Below are positions 54,306-64,000 of a stretch of 64,000 nucleotides of DNA, in pieces. The notes below the pieces were generated by a model that searched no databases, had not been told where the DNA came from, and was given only the letters and a program-made list of their open reading frames with translations. The DNA comes from Styela clava (taxonomy: Eukaryota): the NCBI RefSeq assembly GCF_964204865.1, contig NC_135250.1:7316001-7380000 (forward strand), written 5' to 3'. Position 1 is the first letter of the stretch. Every line of letters begins with the position of its first letter. A program made the position numbers and the translations under genes.

Positions 54306-55154
54306 AGAGTGGCAAAGCAATATTAGCAAAGGGTAAGTTTGTTTTTTATCAGTTTATTGAAGTGGATGTGTTGCCTATTTTATCTAAAAAATTCACTCTT
54401 TAGTCTATCTATAGGCTTCATATATGTTTCTAAATTAATGTATTAAAATCAGAAAATTGTCTAGTTCTGTTCAGTCTTTTTACTATCATAACTGTCTCCT
54501 GGCAGTGGGGCTTTATAATTTGAATGCAAATCGGTCTAAGATTTCGGCTGCATTTTTATTCGATTTTCTATGTCAACATAAACAAACCTTAACGATTAGT
54601 CGATCTACTGTAACTTTTCGAATAAGCAGTCACTGCGCTGAAATGCAATTTTCCAGTAATCAAACTGTGACGTGAACTTTTGGTTGCAACACATTTTAAC
54701 TCGTATTAATGATTAGTGTATTCAGGTATTTAATGTACGGGTGCATATACGTATAGACACTTTTGTTGAACGTACACACTTCTTACTTGTAGTAGTCGTA
54801 GACTAGTTTCTGTTTCACAGTCTTCGGGCCATCCAATACCGAATTCAACTGATTGCGCTTAGTATAACAGGTATATCAAAAGATTAATATGTCTGTAACT
54901 CAATACTGCAATATAGAAAGCTAGCTAGCTAAAATTAACTACTTGATCCTGAAAGTAGAATTGCATCTGCTATTAAGCTACATGAAACAATCTATTTAAT
55001 ATTTCAGATGTGACTCAAAAAATATTTTTCAAAGATAAAAATACCAAGCATTTTATTGGAACAGTTATTATAATATTACAAATTCTAAAAAATGATAATT
55101 TTTTTTGATTTGCAGGGATTGATTTTATATCCTTGGTTCCACATTATTCAAAAC

Positions 55155-58100
55155 ATGAGTGACCAAAATGGGTCAATTATGGAATCACAGGAAAAAAAGA
55201 ATTCGTCAGTAACTGGAGCAGCATTAGTGGCAAGCAAGGGTGAGTGAAACTAAATGTTTGCCTAATAGAACCAGAAATATTAAAAATTATACATCTTGTA
55301 CTGGGATATTGTGTGTTGAACTAATGGTCCTTTCTCCTTGTTCACTGCCTTTATCGAATCTTTATGTGGCCCTTGCAACATGTTCAGATATAACCTGTCA
55401 AAAATACCTTTTGTGTAAAATAAACTACGTCAAACTGCTCTATTGACAAATTTCATTTGAATATATATTAACTTTTTCTTTAATGTCTGATAGAAACAAT
55501 ACGGTATCTATTCATGGTTTGCCTATGTCAAATTAAAATTGTAAAATCAAATATATCTTTTGAGGCTATTTTGATATGTAAGGAGTGACTACCCTATTAC
55601 AGGTGTGTACTCCCAGACGGAAATTGCTCTAATTTCTCCTTATATTTGATTGAATGTGTCAATGTAATAATGTATTTGATTATACCCGAGTTCTTTGCCC
55701 ATGTTTACATGAGCCATTTTGTTCATTGCGATTGAACAAGATAAAAATTGTTGACACATTTCATTCTGTATAATACTTATTTTCGGTTGTTAAAGGCCAT
55801 ATGTTCCAGTGTTTTCCAATGTGTGGGCGCGACCCAGAGTTGTCAGATTTTTTATATAAAACTTCAAAACTCCGCTGTGTTACTCTCAAGTTAAGTTAGC
55901 TATGAATTCAAAGATATTCTTGGGTCACAAGATCTCTAAAATTTAATTAGAAAAAAAATCAGGGTAGAGTATACTTTTGTTCGAGAAATAGCAACTTATT
56001 GCTGATTTGTAAAAAATTACCGTACAAAAAAATTGAAGTGATACTGCGAATGAGTAATTTCTACAACTGAAATTTTCATTCAGTATCTTCAAGACGGAGT
56101 TAAGGCTGTTCCCTTCTTATTTTTGTGTCCGAGTGGCCTTGTGTCATTAATTTTTCATATGTGGTTTACATTATTTCTATTTGAACTCATTCACTACCAA
56201 TATTTAATGAAGAAAAACTGGTCGGAATATTTTTATCCTACGTAGCAGTACAATACTGCTGTGTTATGCTTCATTACTTCCTTGGTTAAGGTTAGTTATT
56301 TCTTGCTTTTTTACATGCTTTTGCTAAAATTTTCTTTACAGATAAACCTGAAGCATGTACTGAAGAAGACGGCAACGGAAACAAAGAAAAAACAAGTCTT
56401 GAATCGATTGATGTTTCAAAACACTCAGATGCTGAAATTGATAAAAATAATTCAGTAGCTAAATTGAAACATGATTCAAAAGAACCTTGCATAAATTCAA
56501 ATAGTTTTCCAACAGCTTGTGAAGAACTCAAGAAAACATTACTTAAGAATTCTAGTGCTACAAAGTCTTCTTTGGATATACATGGAAATGAAGGTAAAGG
56601 TAATGATCCTTTTTGATAGTTACTCACAGAGCTGCAAAGACAGGACAGGTTGTTTTTTTGCTTGTAATGGAGGCAATTTCGAACTCAATCCTTTATTTTA
56701 ACTTGAGTCTAAATGGAAGTTATTGACTTGGTCAGGGGAGAAAGGACCTACAGTCAAGGGAGGGTATGATGTCACAGACATTTATTAATTCAATATGTCT
56801 GTTTTACATCAATTAGCCATCAAATATATCAGGATATTATTTTTCATGTCATCGCCTTCTCATCCTTAAATATTTCTGACAATTTATTATTAAATTCAAT
56901 TTGATTAATTTTTCGGCATTTCATTAGAATTTGTAATATGTAGTTGAATGATAAAAATAGCTTGGAAAGGGATGTGCAGTAAAATGAATAAATAATTTAT
57001 AAACCATTTGCATATAAAATTAGATTTCTCTTGAATTGCCTAGGTAAGAATTTATTGTTATGTTCCCCCCTCCTTTTGTGCAATAAAAACATGTTACCTT
57101 CAGGAGATATTCACAAAGCACTTTGTCTCTGAGATGAAATGTGCAATATTTAATATTTCAGATGTAAAACCAGAATCGAAGAAGACCGAAAGAGTTGTTG
57201 AGAATGGCGTCATGGAGTCCGATGTTCATATGGCTGATACAGAAGGTAACTGTTTTTTACAATTTGGATAGGATAGGATTCACATATTTATCCAGGGGGA
57301 GAGGAAAGCCGACAAGACAGCTTAAATATATGGCGAACCACGGCCTCTCGTCCGGTTACCATTCCATGTCGGGTACGGGATTAGTTATTTGTTTTCAGAA
57401 GTATGGACTTGATGGTGGAGGAGGCTGTAACCAACCAGCGGTCACATGAACCACCCTACAGCGGCGAGGAGTCCTAACATCAGAGATACTATAGTTGAAA
57501 TATTGATCTTCATTAAGATTTTTAATATCACTTCCTCGAAGGGAAATGAGGCTTGAACCACTAATGTAAACGAGTTTCCATGGATGAGGCTGTTTAAAGC
57601 ACCTAACTGTTGGGAAGGAATGTCCAGGTTTCTTATAATGATGCTTTTCGGCTGAGACTGCACAATGTTCCTGATATCCATTTGTATTCTGGCTGTTGAA
57701 GTGTTCAACCACGAGTCTCAATGTTTTTTCGTTTCCGACCTTGACTCCGAACAAGGTTCTTTACAATAGCTACTGATTGCGGTTTCTACCGATTTCAGCA
57801 TGGGTGTGCAAACCGGGGCCCAAATGCGCCACAAAGAGAACAAGTTTGCCCTCCTATATTAAAAGTTGCACACCCCTGGATTACAGTATTTTCATATTTG
57901 TTTTTTTTACAACAGAAACATATGAGATTGAGGGGATGAAGGACAGGGAGGAAGGTTTGGTAAATCAAAGCCAGAAGGAGACAAACGATACCACAGTTAT
58001 CAAAGGTAACTTATTTTGTATTGATTATTCGTTCGTTTGTCCAAATTAAGCTCCACACAAGCTACAACTAGATATTTGACCAGGGGTGGGCCGGATCCGG

Positions 58101-61100
58101 CCAGCAAAGAGTTTTTGACCGGCCCGCTGACTGTATCCAACAGTCTGTAATGTGGTCCAACGCATCATTCTTGAAAGTTACCGATCGCTCTACTCTCACC
58201 GTAATGTCAGTGCGAGCTGGTGAAATAAACAATTGTCTTAGTGAATAAACAATATAAGGTCAAAGCAGAGCGCGTTGTAAACATTCCCAACTACTGTTAT
58301 CAGTTATATTTAGATTCTAAATATAAATCGATTTTAGAAATTAGATTTTATATTGAGTTTTATTAACCATGGAATATCCCAAGAATCGTAAAGTTGACAG
58401 AGTGTCGAGCAAAACATTTAACAGAGATTGATTACCGAAGTATCTTTTGTAATGATCCGGCCCGCCGAGGACTTCATTTTCCCCACATCTGGCTCGCCAC
58501 TGGAGAAGTTGCCCACCCCTGTATTATTAGACTGTTAATTTAGATGGTTGTCACACGGGTAATGCAAAGATTGTGACGTCACTTCGAATACAGTATCGTA
58601 TGCAAAGATCATTCCATAATACTCAGAAGCGTAAGCAATCCAGTTCCAAAATCAGGGCTTGAAGTTGAATCCTCACCTGGTTAGATACCCAGACTGCCAA
58701 ATTTGCGTTGACTATGTATAGGATTGAAAAAATATGTTAAGATAGCTTAATGATATGGTGAACTCCGATCATCAACTACCAATGTGTGAGGATTGAATGA
58801 ACATAAAAGATTTCAGTTTTCTTCAAATTGTAGCTTCTACACACGTGTGTTGCCTCTTGTACATAGTCTGTGTGATGTTTTCCATTTTGATATAAAATTA
58901 GTATTTTTTGTTTTTGTAAATTACAGATGAATCTTCAGAAACTGCGGATTGCAGTAACGATACAAAATCAGAACCAACAACAGGTAAGTCAATCTTGAAT
59001 ACTTTCAGTTCATGGTCAATTTTATAACAAATCACATCAGTCATCACTCGTTTTTTTTTATTGAATGGGAAGCATCGAACCGAATCTAATCAAAGATATT
59101 TTCACCTCTCCTAATTAAAGTACATTGCTTTGAAATGCCATTAATTTCTATTTTTTTATAGGATGTTTTTTACATTCACTTTAATCAACCCAAGGCAACA
59201 ACTGCTGCATTTAGCAGGGTTTGAATCATTCCGATTCAGAATTGGGTACTGTGGGAAGTATGTGAACGAAGATGGCGGACACCAGAACGTATTATGTGTA
59301 CTGAGATAGGGTTAGGCCATAATTCCAGGTACAAATACTGAGGGAGTCACTTGGCTAGTCCCGCCATCTTGGTTCACATACTTCGGGAGTACCCAGCAAT
59401 GTGCTCTCAATTTATTACACTCTGGGTGAAGTGATAGCTCTTGGGGCTAGACCCATGCACTTTAGCCTCAACGGCCAGCATAGTTCCAAAACTAACTTAA
59501 TTAAACAGAAACCAAATTTTTTTGTAGTTCCCTAGCCACGATTTTTAAACTGTGATGATAGCATATTTAACCACTAGTTTGGTTAGTCATTGCCTTATTG
59601 ATCAATGCAAATCGATATTTTTTCAATTTTGTGTATTTATTTTAAAATTTTAATTTTTCAGGCACAACACATCCTAATGACAAAGTAGAAAAATCCAATG
59701 AAGACACAGGATTGAAGCAATTGACTGCTAAATACACACGTGTTGGTTCTGCACAACTAATAACAAGACCTGTATCGACCGCAGCTAATGACCGTGTTGA
59801 ACCAAAATATTTCAAAACCTGTGCTGAACCATATGAAAGTACTGCAAATTTCAAAACCAAATCCTTGTCCGCAAAATCCGAAAGTAAAGCTGCTAATGAC
59901 AAAAGTAAAATTGCAGAAAAACGAACAGAAAAATTTGTAGTGCGAAATATTAGCAAGGTTTCAAAATTATATAAAGTGTCGAATTTAAATTACAGAATCA
60001 AACCAGTGCGACATATGACTCCTAAAAACTTGGTTTGTCCTGTTATTTACGTTGGTGAGCCCGCGTTTGTTGATCCCGAAGATTTTTGTGATGGTGATGC
60101 TAACAACTCGTCTTCGCCACTGATTTCTTCATCTTTTACAGAAGAAATACTTAATGACGTAAACGAAAACAATCTCTACGATATAGATTCATTGAAACAG
60201 GTTTTTATTCCAAATGAAACTTCAAAAACAATAACCACTATTAAGATGCCATTACATTTTCCAAGTGCTGCTCAGCCGTCCTTCATTCCAAAAACTGAGA
60301 TCTTGCCGGTAATGAGCGTACCGAACTACAAGCCTGCCAGTGTGCTTATAAATACTGTAACACCGAACTCAAACCAGGGCTATAAAATCGTGGCACGAAC
60401 TGTTCCGTCCGCCACTTTGGCTCAATCGAATTCAATTCAAGCCAGTAAACTAGGAGGAGCAAATTATAGCACATTTACAGTTCCATTCTCAGCAATGAAA
60501 AAGCTTATTTCATTTAATGCCAGGCAAATTTCAAATGAAGTTAAAGTGAAGGCCAAACAGACGCCAACGAAGCAACCAACAGTTGTTGTGGCACCAAAAT
60601 CTCCTATTACATTTTCTTCACCAGGGCTTGCAAGCACAGAAACCTCCATTGTATCCAAAGTAAAGACGTTTACAATACCACCAGCTATCAGAACAAAATC
60701 AAAGTCTGACCAATCTCTCAATATTAGTGCAGCCAAACCTACAATCAAGCCATTGCCTGTTATAAGTCCTCTATCCGCTCAAAAAGTTCCTAAAACTGCC
60801 ATACACCCATTGCCTGCTCTGAATCTCCCGTCTGCACAGGTTATCACTATTAAACCTGGCAACACTGGAGCTGTCATTCAGACGACACAGTGTAATAAAA
60901 CTATCATTGTTTCAGCATCGCAAGCTAATCAAGTCATACGTATTGATGATAAAGCAAAAGTAAGTATCAGTAAATTTGTGACTGCGAGTAAAGCAAACAT
61001 TACAAAAACTGTGGTTGCAAAACCTGAAAATATGACATCGAGTCCTCCAAAGTTTGCACCTTTGCGAGAAGGTGTTGAAGTCGCATTTGAAGATGGCGTC

Positions 61101-61934
61101 AAACATTTTATTACAAGTTTACGACAATTGACGTTTCTTGATGACGAACTAGTAAAATCCTGGTCTCAACTGAAAAAAGGAACCAAAGTTGCTGCTAAAT
61201 GGAAGGATGGTTTTGTATACGATGCCACTGTAGTTGCGTGTTATTTTAACACAAAAAAAAATGACGCAGAACCAAAGAAAGTAGAAATTACAAAAACAAC
61301 GCAACCAGTAGTGAAACTTATTAAAATATCCGATCAAAAAATACCAAATTTAAAAGGAAAGGAGGATCAAAAGTCCAACATAGGTTGTACTGGATGTAAA
61401 AAAATATTTTCATCCGTGATATTATTCCGCAAACATCAAAAGTTACTTTGTAAAAGTCCTGGCGTTATCATAGAAGATAAAAACGCAGGACTTACTGATG
61501 CTGTCCTTGAAGCAGTAAAAAAATGCGAAAAAAATAGTAACAAAAATTTAAAAAAAACTGCTAAAATTGAGAATACTGCTACAAAACCAGCAAATAAAGC
61601 ATCAAAGAGATCAGCGAGTGATGAAAGCGTACAAGTCTCGAACAAACGTCGCAAAATTGAAGATGTCTGTTCTCCTAAATCTTCAAACACTAAATCATTC
61701 ATCAGTAAAGATGAAGGCGCTTTATTCAAAAACGGCACGAAATTTTTACACAGATGGCAGTTGGATGATGGCGAAAGTAAGTGGTACCAGGGAGAAGTTA
61801 TAAGAGTAATTCCACCATTCAAAGCTTTTCTTGATCAAGAATTCGAGGTGAAGTACAAGGGTGAAAAGGAGATCTATATACTTAAACTTTATGAAGATTA
61901 CCCAACTGATATAAGACTGATGGGCAAAAGTTAA
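55155..61934 (+). CDS. ~946-aa putative chromatin protein: acidic N-terminus, P/T/K-rich linker, Tudor-like domain, C2HC zinc finger, C-terminal Spindlin-like Tudor domain
   Basis: Exons 55155-55239, 56342-56593, 57162-57245, 57916-58005, 58927-58983, 59662-61934; all introns phase 1. Motifs: LKKGTKVAAKWKDGFVYDATV, CTGCKKIF..LFRKHQKLLC, GTKFLHRWQLDDGESKWYQGEVI..FEVKYKGEKEIYILKLYEDY. Confidence 0.85.
57266..57480 (-). mobile_element. SINE copy (5'-truncated) in intron
   Basis: Reverse-complement match to ~36790-37013, including the (ATCCT)n tail. Confidence 0.75.
58081..58521. mobile_element. hAT-type MITE in intron
   Basis: TIR CAGGGGTGGGC / GCCCACCCCTG with CCGGCCCGC subterminal motifs; no clean TSD. 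Confidence 0.7.
59243..59395. mobile_element. ~150-bp palindromic MITE
   Basis: Arms TGGGTACT..GAAGTATGTGAACGAAGATGGCGG / CCGCCATCTTGGTTCACATACTTC..AGTACCCA. Relatives at ~15415-15620, 21620-21830, 40615-40715 and inside the three foldback MITEs. Confidence 0.7.
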
Positions 61935-63557
61935 GCGATGGCTTTTCATATTATTACTTTTTTATTATCATTTTTATCCTTTTTTTTACGTTTAAAACTT
62001 CAAAATATTATTTCATAACATTTTTCCATATTTCTATCCTGTTATGGTTTTGGGCATTAGTGCTGCCTGCAAAGTACATCCATGAACTGTATTAAATACA
62101 CGTTTCCATAGACATACTTTGATAAGCTTAATTGGAATGGCCATAAAAATTATTGCCATACTTATACTTGTGGGCTTGATTCGTTCGTTGCGCAGTGGCA
62201 TATGTCACTATAAAATTTTGTTTTTTTTTGTGAAATGTTGATTCATTTTCGGACAAACCGAAAAATTCTGTTTGGCTAATTTTTCATGAGCATAGTCGCT
62301 TTTATACATATGGTATGTTGTTCTCATTTAACAAAATTCCAAAATTTATATTGTTGAAGTTATCATGAACAGTATGGGGGAAAAACTTTCAAGTAATTTG
62401 TTCTATTTCAGCTTTTACTTGTTGTATACCATTGTATGTAGAATTACTGGATTCTCTTCTTTTATTAACAAGTTATTTCAATTAGTAGTAACTAATGGAG
62501 TTAGTTGCGAATGGGGTTGAAAATTTGTCATATTATGTCAACATGTAAAGCATGTTTGGTTTTCTGTCACTTACTTTTTCTTGTTCAATTTATTTTCACA
62601 CATATTTTCTACTGCCATGCCACTGCCTTGTTCTCGAATAAATGTTTCCATGTGAAGTTTGGTATGCTTATTATTATATGATTGGTGCAAGCAAGATTGT
62701 ATGTAATTGTACAAGACAAGTTGATGTCTTGTGAACGACTGTCATAACTCGTACGACTAAGCTGCTGCCTTGTTGTTTTTCCTTACCTTACCAATCAATG
62801 GTGATGATAAATCATGTCCTGAATTAGGATTCAGGAATGGCTTAATCATACGGCGGACAGTGGCCTCTTCGTTTAGTGTTCCATGTTGCGGACAGTTTTT
62901 TGTCCCAGCAGCATGGATTATTTTGTCTAAGATTCACTTAATTGCTGTTCATTTTTGTCAGACAGGATTTGGACGCCTCAATACAAGTACGGTAGCTTCC
63001 ATTTCTAATGTTTCGACGGGACCGGTTCTATGTTTACATTGGATACCTACTTATATTTTGCATAATATACATCCTGCACGTTTTTAATGGCTTGTACTCT
63101 TAGTCCGGGAAACGCACCAACAATACAAGATAATGTTGGTTCGATCTCAACTTCGTGGAATCGAGCTTGAGTATCGTGGTCACGACGAAATCCAAGGAGG
63201 AAACAACGTATAATATACCCCAAGGCACGTCCAAAAAAAGGGAATAGATAATTTGTACGACAGCCAGGGGAGTCTTGCACTTTTAAGTCGTCCAATCAGT
63301 TTACTGTGACATGAGGGATGCGCTCGGTGAATATATGCATATACTGTATTAAATATATGTTTTCACCCACATGTTTTCAGATTATTGCTGTTATTAAGTT
63401 TGCAGATGTTATTGTAATCTTTGGTTAGACTGAAAGTACGATAGCCTACTACCTTCTGTACTATTTTTGTACGTGGATCTTACTGGATATACTATCTGCA
63501 TACCTACCTAATTTCACCTTGCAATCAATCACACTACTGCACTAACGTTACTTCAAG

Positions 63558-64000
63558 ATGAACAAGGAAGTCAAAACCCAGATTCTGGCAGCTATCTCAT
63601 CTCTCCAAGCCAAGCAAGAAGAGCTAATGTCGCATGCAACTCTATTGTCTGCCTCTAAAGACCATGGCAACCAGTCCCAGGATATCATTAAGTTCCAGAA
63701 TGACGTGGCTCAAATCTCCTCCAAGATCCAGGAGATTATTAGCAGGCTGGAGACTTGTGAAAAGCAGCAGGACGAATTGGAACAATACAGCCGAAGAAAC
63801 TGTGTGATTCTCCATGGCTGTAGTTCTGTGCCAGAAACTGAATGCCATAAGTTCGAAGACTTCGTAGTGAAAACTCTCAACGACAGCCTTAAGCCCAACC
63901 ATCCTATTGTGAACACTGACATTGATATTACTCACAAATTAAAATCAAGATCTCCGAAGAACCCCATCATCATCAAATTCGTCAGAAGATCAACGAAGAA
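63558..64000 (+). mobile_element. ORF1 of a non-LTR retrotransposon (coiled coil + L1-ORF1-type RRM; CR1/L2-like); runs off the window
   Basis: Uninterrupted intronless frame from ATG 63558: MNKEVK...DELEQYSRRNCVILHG...DIDITHKL...PIIIKFVRR. Absent from the ORF track because no stop falls within the window. Confidence 0.85.

Noticed and set aside
57395-57754. 119-aa minus-strand ORF with faint Ulp1-protease-like wording (SLRGSDIKNLNEDQYFN)
   Set aside because: Intronic, runs into a SINE, no catalytic motifs visible; at most TE debris.

Overview
AT-rich eukaryotic (metazoan, probably ascidian/invertebrate chordate; inference) genomic DNA with GT-AG introns; no prokaryotic features. I hand-assembled five spliced genes whose intron phases close consistently. 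(1) The 3' part of an RBMS-family two-RRM RNA-binding gene (+), with a likely alternative proline-rich read-through terminal exon. (2) A 4-exon gene for a ~122-aa signal-peptide-bearing, very acidic, Cys-containing protein that the ORF track fragments (+). (3) A ~668-aa orphan protein ending in a B-box/AN1-like zinc finger (-), whose intron holds a ~1.95-kb tandem duplication. (4) A complete 19-exon, 899-aa CLC Cl-/H+ antiporter-type gene with a GPEGP motif (-). (5) A divergently oriented ~946-aa Tudor/zinc-finger/Spindlin-like protein gene (+), with a perfect GTCACGTGAC (CLEAR-type) palindrome between genes 4 and 5. The 28-41 kb interval is transposon-rich: three copies of a foldback-type MITE with 8-9-bp TSDs (two head-to-head), decayed SWIM/YqaJ (ISL2EU-like) and Harbinger-like transposase remnants, SINEs and LINE fragments. 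The window ends inside a LINE ORF1. All gene models are predictions from sequence alone.
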